A stretch of 64,000 bases of DNA. Source: Macrostomum lignano (Eukaryota). This document shows positions 1 through 20,166 of the stretch, one piece after another; the stretch's first letter is position 1, and each line of letters opens with the position of its first letter. The position numbers and the translations under genes are program-made. The notes beneath the pieces are model-generated. The model was not told where the DNA came from and searched no databases. It saw only the letters and a program-made list of their open reading frames with translations. The stretch lies in NCBI GenBank assembly GCA_002269645.1, contig NIVC01000591.1, forward strand, positions 186,001 to 250,000, in the 5' to 3' direction.

Positions 1-1
1 C

Positions 2-250
2 ATCCTGGCATACAAAGCTAAACCTGGCCATGTCTCAAAGGTCCACATGCTGTTGCAACATGTGTTGGCCTTCTGTATTGGCACCAGTGGCTATGCTCTC
101 GGAAAGTTTAATGAGCAGGCCTTTGAGTCAGTCCATCATGATTTTAAGCTCACGTGGCAAAGGTACACAAAGCTGGTTTAGTATCCCGAATATGCAGTCA
201 TAGATGCCTTTCTACAGGCTGTGGTTGCCTACAATAGCTTCTATTTATGA
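2..250 (+). mobile_element. Degenerate C-terminus of a Transib/Chapaev/RAG-like DDE transposase
   Basis: Frame 2 reads ILAYKAKPGHVSKVHMLLQHVLAFCIGTSGYALGKFNEQAFESVHHDFKLTWQRYTKLV*YPEYAVIDAFLQAVVAYNSFYL*. The K-x-H-x4-H and EQxxESxH motifs resemble this superfamily's Zn ligands and catalytic Glu. One internal TAG; cut off by the window start. Confidence 0.55.
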
Positions 251-1489
251 CATTGACCATGTTAATTACTGTTGTCTGTTTGTGTATTATGTTGGTTTAA
301 AGAAAATTATGTTGAGATTGTAGAGTGCCGAGTCCTAAACTAAATATAGTAACAAGCAAAAAAGGCAAAAAAAATAATATTTTCTACAAAAGCAAAAGCC
401 ATTATAGTCATTATTACACAATGCACTCTAGATAATTAGCAGAAATTTAGTAGCCAATGATTGTAGGAAGATAGTAGCAAAATGTGCATAGCCAAAGGGA
501 AAAGAATGTACTTAAGAGAATACATTAATACTTTTTAGTGTGCAATTCTACTGCCATATGTATTTTTTGTTTAACAGTCAGTATCTTATAGTTATGCAAA
601 GAAACAAGAATGTATGCCTCTATGAAATCTAACTGTTTGATACTTTGATTAAAATATAATGACTGCTAAAAATGAAGACAGACACCCTGATTTCAATCAG
701 TAATGAAAAAATTCCTTTAAGTGTGTCTTTACTGTAAAGGTATATTTTGCTTTAGTTATTTATGATGTTTCTTTGTAAATGTGGTAAAAATTTTGAATAG
801 CTTCCATCTTTTGTTTAGCATGCTAATTACCTTTTTCAAAACTAGAATCAGTTTGAATTGGAGAAAATAATATATTGTTGTCCAATCCAATATTGTTCAA
901 TTTCTAGTAAAACTAAAGCTGCAATCATTAAACATATTGTTCAATTCCATAACAATCTTACAGAAGGTCCTGAAGAAGACAGTGTATTTGAACTGAAACC
1001 CAAGGAATCTATGACTATAGGTTTAGAATCATTTCAGACTAATCCATTGGCTTCAATTTCTAGTAATGATACTATATCCTCAACAGATTCTAGGGAGTCT
1101 AATGTTATCAATGATTTTAATGTTTAAAATAAAATCCCATCCTATTCAAATGATCTATCACAAAGTACCTATAACAGATGTAAGCCTATCTAATTTGAGT
1201 TTTATTAAGAAGACAGAAAGTGCATGGTAATTAAGAGAAGATTTGAAAGAAAGTATTGCACAAGATATTGTTCATTTTTTATAATATTTTATATTTTATA
1301 ATATTTTATAATAATATATTAGCTTAAAAAATTGAATCTATTGAAAAGTTTTTATATCTAGATACATTTTTGATACTTGTTTTGATATATTAGTTAGTGA
1401 AGCTCGACTTATGGGATATATCAAGCCAAGTTTCCATTTGTAGATTAAAAGCTACAGCCCATTAAAATCCCAACATAGGATATAAAGAA

Positions 1490-2050
1490 TGATATTATAT
1501 ATGTTCCAATTGGAAATAGTATTGAAGCAGCATTAAAAAATATTGATTTTATAAAATTGGTTTTAGAAAGTGAATTGTCAAGTAAGTCTCCTTTTTGTAT
1601 TAGTCAATACTTTAAAGAATATATTGCCCCTTTAATTAAAGACATGAATTGAATTAAATTGAATTGACTTAATTGAAGACAATTGATTGCTAGAAATGGA
1701 TTCATGCTTTATCAATTTAAGCAAAGGTGCTTAATCCAAACAATTTTTTGGATTGCAGCTGTCTTGTCAGCATTATTCAGGAGTCAAATCATTGGACGGG
1801 AGTCCGCATGTCAATGAGCATTGTGAAAACTGAGTTGACAATCGAGTCCATTTTTGATACATCATGGACTTTCTAGCCTTGGATTTGAAACATGATTGGC
1901 AAATGGAAAATGTCAATGAGACTGTTGAAATTTTTCTGAAGCTCCAAAATCCAAAGCAGGCTACTAATCAATTGATTAGGTCTGGTTAGCATTCTGCCAA
2001 TATAGAACATAAACTCAAATTATCTATGCATCTCCCTGCATGCAAGCATT
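1490..2050 (+). mobile_element. Possible highly degraded EnSpm/CACTA-like transposase fragments
   Basis: Short peptides (DIIYVPIGNSIEAALKNIDFIKLVL; ETVEIFLKLQNP...HKLKLSMHLP) loosely recall animal CMC transposases. Many stops; weak similarity from memory only. Confidence 0.2.
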
Positions 2051-2759
2051 TGCAATGAATTAACATTTTATTTGTATTTTTAGGTATTGCTTAAATATCC
2101 AAAATATCCACAATGCATAGTACTGCATATGTCAAGGACCTTATGTGCTGCTATTAGGCCTATGTGCTGCATGTGCCAGGGACCTCAGTGTGCACCAGAA
2201 TTTTCTATGACAAAGGCCACCTTCTTGACTATAGGGTGCACACTGAGGTCCCTGACATATGCAGTACTATGCACAACTTTGGTGTATAAGGAATCAGAAT
2301 AGAATCTTTATTAGCATAAAACTGGCGTAGCATATTGAGTCTGCATGAATTCTAAGAATTTTGTAAATTTGTCATAATTTGTTAAAATTATATAAAATAT
2401 GTTAAGTTAAATAAGGGCATAGACATGTCACACAGATGGTGCACAGACGGCACACAAATGGCACATAGACAGTGCATAGATGGCACACAGATCGTCCCAA
2501 AAAAATTATTCCGGCACACAGTAGGGCCTATGCCACCTTCCTGACTATGGTAGGCCTATGCACATACATGCGCAACTGCTGGCCGACCTGGCCGATCCGG
2601 CCACTGTAAATCGTGGCTGACCAGGGGTAAGTCGCAAAATTGAGTCAACCAAAAACAGAAAAACACAAGAACCAAGAAAGGCAAGAGGAATGCGAAAGAA
2701 AGTGTAGTTCAGGGAAAATGGTGAAGCAAAAGAAAAACAATTCGCAAAAGAAGCAAACT

Positions 2760-2892
2760 AAGTCGCAAAAAGGATCAGGTAAGTTGCAAAAGGGTTAGGT
2801 AAGTCGCAAAAAGGATTAGGTAAGTTGCAAAAAGGATTAAGTAAGTCGCAAAAAGGATTAGGTAAGTCGCAAAAGAAGCAGCTAAGTCGCAA
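2760..2892. repeat. ~21-bp tandem repeat (AAGTCGCAAAAAGGATTAGGT)
   Basis: About 6 degenerate units; the AAGTCGCA motif recurs at 2630 and 4320-4355. Confidence 0.85.
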
Positions 2893-3035
2893 TAAGAGGG
2901 AAGTAAGTCACAATCAGAGGCAATCAGGGGGTAGTAGGTGCAAGTGTGGCAGGAGAGCAAAAACAGAATAGAAGCCTTCAACAACAGACAAGATCTTTGA
3001 AATCAGAAGCCCGCATCATTTCTTAAACTCTGGAG

Positions 3036-3110
3036 CAGGGGTTGGCAAACTCCGGCTCGCGAAGCCCCTCTATCTGGCCCTCGCCCCTCGGGTTCTTTGA
3101 AACTTCCTAA
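3036..3110 (+). mobile_element. Left end of a hAT/Charlie-like non-autonomous element
   Basis: CAGGGGTTGGCAAACTCCGGCTCGCG...TCTATCTGGCCCTCG...TTCTTTGAAACT; homologous sequence at 21322-21400. Confidence 0.5.
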
Positions 3111-3124
3111 CCAGCAAGGTTGGT

Positions 3125-3805
3125 GTCTCTTCAACTCTCATCTCTCTCTTCTTCTCTACCTTGCCTCCCCTCTTCTCTCTCTCCCCCCTTTTCCCTCTTC
3201 TCTCTCCTCTCTTCTCCCCCTTTCTCTCTACCCTTTCTCCTCAATGCCCTCTTCTCTCCTCTTATCTTCAGCAAAAATATGTGCATATTTTCTTACTTCA
3301 AAGTAGAGGGAATAGAAGATTAGAGATAAGCAAACAAAGGGGAGGCGAGCGATGCGATGGGAGAAAAGATAGAAGAGGAGAGAAAAGCTGAGGGAGGAAA
3401 AAGAGATGGAGAAGAGGAGATTAGAGGAAAGAGGAAAGAAAAGATGATGGATGAGATCAGAAGAGAGGAAAGAGGAAAGAGGAGAGAGTAGATGAGAGAA
3501 GAGAGGATAAAGAGGAGATGAGAGGATAAAGAGGAGATGAGAGGAGAGTGAAGAGAGGAGAGATGAGAGAGTAGAAAAGAGAGGAGAGATAAGATAAGAG
3601 AGTAGAGTGGAGAGAGACGAGAGGGAAGATAAGATGAGAGAGTAGAGTGGAATGGAGAGAGACGAGAGAAGAGATAAGAATGTAGAGAGGAGACAGAAGA
3701 GATAGGAGAGGAGAGGAAAGAGAGGAGAGAGGAGAGGAAAGAGAGAAGGGATAAGGGATGAGAGAGAAAAGAAAAAGAGGATGAGAAGATTGAGGAATGG
3801 AGAGA
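3125..3805. repeat. CT-rich then GA-rich low-complexity tracts
   Basis: Pyrimidine tract 3125-3265 and purine tract 3360-3805; these explain the S/L/P-rich ORFs in the track. Confidence 0.9.
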
Positions 3806-5696
3806 ATTTGCAAAGGCCTCAAATCTTAGTTTAACATGCATTACTCCCATCTTTGCCTTTTTCCTAACTGTTAACAAGTTTTTGTTTGAGCATGACTTCA
3901 AATTTAGAATCTATGCAAAAATAGTTCCGGGAATTAGAATTCAGTGGTTTAAAAATCTATGGGTTTTCACAGCTTGTATCTCTACTGGATTCGTATTCTG
4001 CATCTGATGAGCCATCTGAATCAGGGCTCTCATCTTCCATGCCAAATCGTCTAGCAAATCGTTCTTGAGCTATAGGTCACACTGTATTCACTTCACTTAC
4101 TTCTGGACATTCATGAATCATGACTTTTGTAGTATGCTCACTACACTGTACTGACAATTTACTAATTGCTTCATGCCGCCACTAGATGACACTGATTAGC
4201 TGTTATAAAAACGCGGAATCTGCACGCAGCACTAATTAGCTGGCGAGGCATTTAGCTTTAAAAATATGGTCATAGTTACTCCTGCCGTTTACCTAAAGTT
4301 TTTGCTTGGCTCTTTCATAGGTAAGTCGCATTTTTTATCGAAAACTAAGTCGCACGGCCAGCGTAATTTCAGAAGTTGCGCATGTATGCCTATGCAATTT
4401 GTACCCTGAAATTGGGCATAGGATATGATTTCATACCTTATCTTAGCTCTGGCAAAAAACCCTGGCCTGATAATTTTTAGTCTTCAAGTAACTTATGACA
4501 ACTATAATAGTGCATTACTATGCAACAATATATAATAACAGACTTTCCAAAGGACTAGGGCCTAGGCCTACTACTACTACCTTGTCAGCCTTGTCTTTAC
4601 TTAGACTTCTTAAGCATTTTACAAGGCAGCCATGGCATTACTAATACTAACCTTGTTTCTACAACTTGTTTTGATATAATTGTCAAAAAATTCTTATAAT
4701 AGGCATATTGCCAAAAACAAATTTTATTCAAAGAGTAGACTAGGCCTAGCTATTGTTTATACAATTTATACCAGTATCTACTCATTGGCATTAGCATAGC
4801 ACTGGACTTTATATGTATAGGCCTACAATTAGCCAGCTTTTATCAAAACTATTCTGTATTTTCTAGATCAATCAATGCTGCTTTTAGCTAGGCCCTATCC
4901 AAAATGTGAGCATTATAGAAAATCAATTAAGGTAGGTTTAACTAGGAATGATAGAAAGATCGCGTTATAATGGTTTAGGTTTGATAACTCTATAATTAGA
5001 AGCAGATGTATTTTTAAACTGTAGTAAAGATATTATTCCTTAGCTGTTATAAGAATATGCTTCAATTCATTCTAGGGTAGGTCCTACATTATTGTGTTAA
5101 CTAGGGTTTCATTTCCAAGAAATTTGACGAATTCGTCATGTTCAAATATACGACAGCGATATAAGACAGCTTTACCATACCAGCTACTATACATAATTAC
5201 ATGTAAAGCTGCTTCCAATATATACATTATTCAATCAGTGAATACTTAAAATTAGAAACTAGAAAGCGCGGATATAATTTTATCACTATTCTTTCGGCCA
5301 CCGCGTGCTCGAAGAATGCACTGCCAGCTAGACTTGATTATACCTATCAGTAAAGTAATTTAAACTGATATTTAATATTTTTAAAATGAATATTCACACT
5401 AAAAGAATAACACTAGTAGAAAGCAATTTACTGAAGCAGCATTGACAAATATTTCTCACTTAACGATTTGTTATAAATTACCGTCTCCAAATGTAGAAAA
5501 CAGGTTTAGACTGACTATCTACCCATTTAAAATTTTAAACTAGGTTTTTACAACCCTTAAAACATTGTGTATGAATACTTACCGGTTTTTAAAAATGAAA
5601 TTTTGTCATTTGTTTTGTTTTACTGAGGACGTTAAAATGACGCTTAAACTCATTTTAAGTCATTTTAACTTATTTTAAGCCACTCGAACGCACCCT

Positions 5697-6265
5697 AGGT
5701 CACTGGTCAGATCGTCATATTCCATTTCGTCATATTGGATGACGAAGTGATCAAAAGCAAAGTAGCTTGAAAAATAATATGACGAAGTGACCAAATATTT
5801 AGTTATGCTGGATACTTCGTCATCAACCAACGCAATCTGTGTGGGATTCGAGTTCGTGTAAACTATTTTTTTTTAATAACGATAAGTTGCGGCAAGCAGA
5901 ACCAATCGATCGACAGGTTTTATCAATCAAGATGACAAAATGACTGGGATCATTAGGATTCCAAGATATGTTTGATTGTTACATTAATTCACTTGAAGTT
6001 GGAACTATTGTGATCGGTAGATGACGAAATGACTCTCTTCAGGTAGTGCATGTTAAGATGACGAACTGACCATAGTTGAGGTGAGCACCCCAGACACCCA
6101 GATGACGAAATGGCACATGACGAAATGAATAGGAACCAAATGTTAAAGTCGGTCACCATGGTCAGATCGTCATATTCCATTTTGTCATATCGGATGACGA
6201 AGTGACCAGGAGCAAAGTAGCTTTGAAAAATAATATATGACGAAGTGACCAAATATTTATTTATT
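5697..6265. repeat. ~110-bp direct duplication with repeated (T)GACGAA motifs
   Basis: GGTCAC..GGTCAGATCGTCATATTCCATT...GACGAAGTGACCAAATATTTA at ~5697-5808 and ~6151-6265, with many GACGAA/TTCGTC motifs; possibly a transposon subterminal array. Confidence 0.7.
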
Positions 6266-6842
6266 TGGACAATTAATTTAAAATTTTCATATCGCTTATA
6301 AACGCGTTGTCCTAATGATGCCTGACCCTCTGCTAATAGCCTAATATGACATTCGATCATTGAGTTAAGCGATGCAAGTTCAACACAGATTCTACTGGAC
6401 ACTGGGAAATTTGGGGCAACACTATCGTTCCTGTTTATAGATTTTTTGTAGTATATTTTCACGTCCAATTAAAAAATAAACAGTTAATGCGTTAATGATA
6501 TAAGAAGCGCTTGCCAGAAGTTAGTTTTGAACTTATACATATGTAGTCGCCAGTAAGGCTTATATGTAACAAATTATTACGAAGGGCACGAAGGAATGAA
6601 CTGTAGATAGTCAGATTAGAAAACAGGCTTCGGTTGTGACAGATGAAGAATTGTAGAAAATTATTTTTTGTTTGAAAAGCTTATATGGTTTCCTATACTT
6701 GACAAATTGTGTCTATAGATAGTGAAGACTTTCTATTTTAGATGTCGGATACTTTATAAGTTGTTTCAGTTTGCTCATCAGAATCCGCGGGTAATTAAAC
6801 TTCATAACTTAATTTTTTCATTCAGGACACTGCTCAAGATGT

Positions 6843-7623
6843 TTACTGGAATGGGTCGACGCACTCGCACATAAAATTTCTGGCGCAGAGATTATGCTAT
6901 TTGGGATATCGTTCAGTCCGATGGTGTGTCCCATAGCAGTTGTCCAGATGCTGACTTTAGGACCGTCGCCACTTGGCTCGCCAGGAGTCTTCCAGATGGT
7001 CGCGGCGAAGGTCGTTTTGCAGGCCTCCTAGATCCAGGTGCCCGTGTCGAAGTCGCCAATCCTGTAACCACCAATAAAGTAGGGAGTGTCGTTCAGACTA
7101 GTCTTGATCCAGTGAAAGTGAAGGCCGTCTCATTTAAATCGTTGGCGTCGGCAGATTTCACGAGTCCCGGCTCTGAGTTGCACTTGGCGAGGCCGTCATT
7201 CCAGTCCGAAGCGTTGAGCAGCTTGTAAACTGACGTGCCGTACTTCTGTCCGTAGCTGCTGGGACATGCAGTTGTCCATCGGGCAAGCCATTGTATTTTC
7301 TCACGTAGGCGCGCACGGTAGGGCAGGGTCCGCCGATTTTGTTGGCAAAGTTGCTGCACTTGTCGAACAAGAACAGCTGGCAGATTCGGCTCTCCGGCGC
7401 AGAAACCTGAAGCCGTGGCAGCTAACGAAATTCGAGCAACTTAGCGAACATTCGAGCTCTCTATCAGATTTAAGCTCCAGTTTGAGCGGGTGCTCCGCGG
7501 CTTCAGACAGAGGCGAATATCTCTCAAGGTGAACTTGGCCGCTTCGTAGCAACTCACCAGGTTTGTTGTTTCTAAAAGCAACAGTAGCAACGGTAGCGAG
7601 TAGTTGATCAGAGTCATATCCAT
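6843..7623 (-). pseudogene. Secreted PAN/apple + C-type lectin pseudogene
   Basis: Signal peptide MDMTLINYSLPLLLLLL; PAN-like ECSLSCSNFVSCHGFRF; CTL segments CPSSYGQKYGTSVYKLLNASDWNDGLAKC, WIKTSLNDTPYFIGG, WKTPGEPSGDG, LNDIP, NFMCECVDPFQ*. These lie in different frames (at least 4 frameshifts) with an in-frame TAG where Trp is expected. Confidence 0.7.
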
Positions 7624-8263
7624 GGCTAGGAGACTACTAGGACTAAGGCTTGTTGTGCGACTAGGAGAGCGCGGTACGGTAGCTCTGTCAATTGTATCAG
7701 TATATATATGTTAATTTTTTGGGATAGCCCACCGTTTCCAAATGCAGCATGGGGGTGAAATAGGCAGTCTGGATAGGATTTGGTATGCTGGTTGCCAGCA
7801 AGCTTCCCAGCCTACATGTCCATGTGATCTTCTCGTCCAATTATCAGCTTCTCTGCAGCGTACGTCTAACGCCGTTTCCTAGGGCAACTATTGGAATGGA
7901 AAAATTATATTCATGAGGGTTGTGGGTGCGCACTGGCGCAATGCATTGGGTGCTACTTTAATGTATCGTCCCGCTACCAGCGGTGAGAGGCAAATTCTGT
8001 CCACATCTGCTGCCTCTTGGATTCACACAGGGTACGTAGCTCGTACAGCGGGCCTTAAACTTTCCAATTGTCAGGCATGTACATGTACACTCTCTCGATC
8101 TGTGCCTTGGGGGTTGGCCCTCATGGCTGTAAATCGCGCGACTCTAACCAGTTAGAACCTGCCAATTTTTCGTCTAACTACAAGCAGCAAATTAATGAGG
8201 CCGTACAGTACGGAATCGACCCAGGACGACTAAAGCAACGTACCCGGCAAAAAAACGTTGAAA

Positions 8264-8347
8264 ACTTTCAAAGTCAGGACTGGTTACTTTGTACATGCAT
8301 GCGATACTTTCAAAGTCAGGACTGGTTACTTTGTACATACATGCGAC
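8264..8347. repeat. 42-bp tandem duplication
   Basis: ACTTTCAAAGTCAGGACTGGTTACTTTGTACATGCATGCGA x2. Confidence 0.85.
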
Positions 8348-9271
8348 ACTTTAGAACTTCATACCAACAAGGAAAACTTTCAAAGTATTGAGGAGTACTG
8401 GTACTTGTCACGTTTTGTCAATGTCTACTTTCCAAGTAATTTCCAAGTATTCAACGTATTTTTGTCGGGATAAGTACTTATAAGTAGTCCTTGGGCAAAG
8501 TTTGTATTGTAAACCAATCTGTCATATATATTCATGAGCGTCTTTGTGCAATTTACTAAGCATAGGGTAGGTATAAATAGCCAATAAATGATGAACAAAC
8601 TCTGTTGTTGAGGCGCATGTCTGCCCGAGTAATGCGTAATTGAGTAGTAGTATACATCGAGCTGCATGCTAAGTGGTCGCAAAAATTCTATTTGTTACTT
8701 ATAAAGCAATATACGAGCTCTCCAAAACAGAAAAAAAGTCTCACCTGCTGAGTCTACGCTAATGGAGACTGAAAAAATAATTAACCAAGCTTATAATTGG
8801 CAGCACACATAGCGTAAGTGGATGGAGGGTAGCGCAAGCCAAATGAAAAGAAAAATAATGTAAGAAAGCTATATACTGTCTAACGGCTGTCTGCACGTTG
8901 CTGCGGTGCTACAAAAGCTTCTCCATTCGGCAAAGAGACTCGAATATAGGCGCGCACAGCTCCAAAGGCGAGTCTGTTCTCTCGAATTGTGCTCAGCAAT
9001 AGCCACAGTTCTGTATAGAGATGCTAAACGAAGCCCTACTAGTTGAGGTGAAAACTCTAAAAGCAACCAATAGGAAACTGCACAGCCGCAGAAATTAAAG
9101 GTGTATGAATTCGATTGTACACAGATTTGGGGAGGGTTCTCAGACGATTAAATTGTTGCAAAGCGACAGACAGTGAGGCAGCTGATACACTTGCAAAGTT
9201 CTTCGTCTGTCTCTCAGACAAGCAGGCAAGATTTGGAGCGTCTAGATTTCAGTTTTTAGTCGCTGGTTGCC

Positions 9272-18524
<9,253 letters not shown>

Positions 18525-18694
18525 TGTCGATTTGGCACACGAATGATTCTTCGTCAGTAATGAGAAATTACTAAGGAATGTCTGTTTTAATTTATCACTC
18601 ACAGTTTGCAGATAGAAAGAAGATTAATCCTTATCTTTTTTAAACAATGACTAACGCCTCTTGTGGCTGATAACTGATTTTCAAGCATTGAGTC

Positions 18695-19610
18695 CCCTGC
18701 TCACACCCACCTCTACAATGCTATGAGCACTGCTCACACCCACCTCTACAATGCTATGAGCACTGCTCACACCCACCTCTACAATGCTATGAGCACTGCT
18801 CACACCCACCTCTACAATGCTATGAGCACTGCTCACACCCGGCCAACATAGATCGATTCTTGCTGCAGTATCGGAATGCAAAGCACGCTGCCACAGGGAA
18901 AACTCCACACCTCTACAATGCTATGAGCACTGCTCACACCCACCTCTACAATGCTATGAGCACTGCTCACACCCACCTCTACAATGCTATGAGCCCTTGC
19001 TCACACCCACCTCTACAATGCTATGAGCCCTTGCTCACACCCACCTCTACAATGCTATGAGCCCTTGCTCACACCCACCTCTACATTGCTATGAGCACTG
19101 ATCACACCCGGCCAACATAGATCGATTCTTGCTACAGTATCGGAATGCAAAGCACGCTGCCACAGGGAAAACTCCACACCTCTACAATGCTATGAGCACT
19201 GCTCACACCCACCTCTACAATGCTATGAGCACTGCTCACACCCACCTCTACAATGCTATGAGCCCTTGCTCACACCCACCTCTACAATGCTATGAGCCCT
19301 TGCTCACACCCACCTCTACAATGCTATGAGCCCTTGCTCACACCCACCTCTACATTGCTATGAGCACTGATCACACCCACCTCTACAATGCTATGAGCCC
19401 TAGCTCAACACCCACTTCTACAATGCTATGAGCCCTTGCTCACACCCACCTCTACAATGCTATGAGCCCTTGCTCAACACCCACCTCTAGAATGCTACGA
19501 GCACTGCAGTCACACCCACCTCTAGAATGCTACGAGCACTGCAGTCACACCCACCTCTACAATGCTATGAGCACTGCAGTCACACCCACCTCTACAATGC
19601 TACGAGCACT
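18695..19610. repeat. 30-bp minisatellite (CTGCTCACACCCACCTCTACAATGCTATGAGC core) containing a 269-bp duplication
   Basis: Tandem units; ORFs 18860-19060 and 19129-19329 give identical peptides, offset by 269 bp. Confidence 0.95.
18842..18907 (+). mobile_element. Ty3/Gypsy integrase C-terminal fragment, copy 1; copy 2 at 19111-19176
   Basis: Translates ANIDRFLLQYRNAKHAATGKTP, matching the xxFLLxYRxTPHxTTGxxP motif of Gypsy integrases. Confidence 0.65.
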
Positions 19611-20166
19611 GCTCTTCCGCATGCAACGATCTCACAAATACAAAAGTACTTGTAAAACGAACTGGATCCACTTAGTAGTTTGGATAGATATGCCCTGTAT
19701 GTGCGCCTGTCACTAGAGCACAATAAAATAATTACTTTTACACATAATTATAATTTGTATGCGTAAGCCTATCTGTAACATTAATTAATACTAATGCAGA
19801 GCTATTTTAAATAAAAATGTTTTTGCAAAATACGCTTGTAACTACTTTGTTATACTTTTTTTAAAATTAAAAGCACATTTATGAAGACACTTCTTCATTG
19901 AACATTTAGGCTATTGACACCGCTTTAGTACAGTTATATTGTGAATAGCTATAATATAATAGAAAATGCCATAACCAGCAGATACACACGTAAAGAAAGA
20001 AAGTTTTCAAAAGAGCATTTATCAAATTGATTTGTTCATAAACAGTTAGCATTATTATTGGTGCAAAAAATGCCGATAAAACTCTAACGCACTAAGAACA
20101 CCAAGGGCTTCAGTTCAATTGAAGAAGCAATTAAAAAACTTAGTTTTGCTTTGGCACCTACAAATC

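Noticed and set aside
858-1127. 89-aa ORF with a CPIQYC motif
   Set aside because: AT-rich, short, no supporting splice structure; probably decayed transposon sequence.
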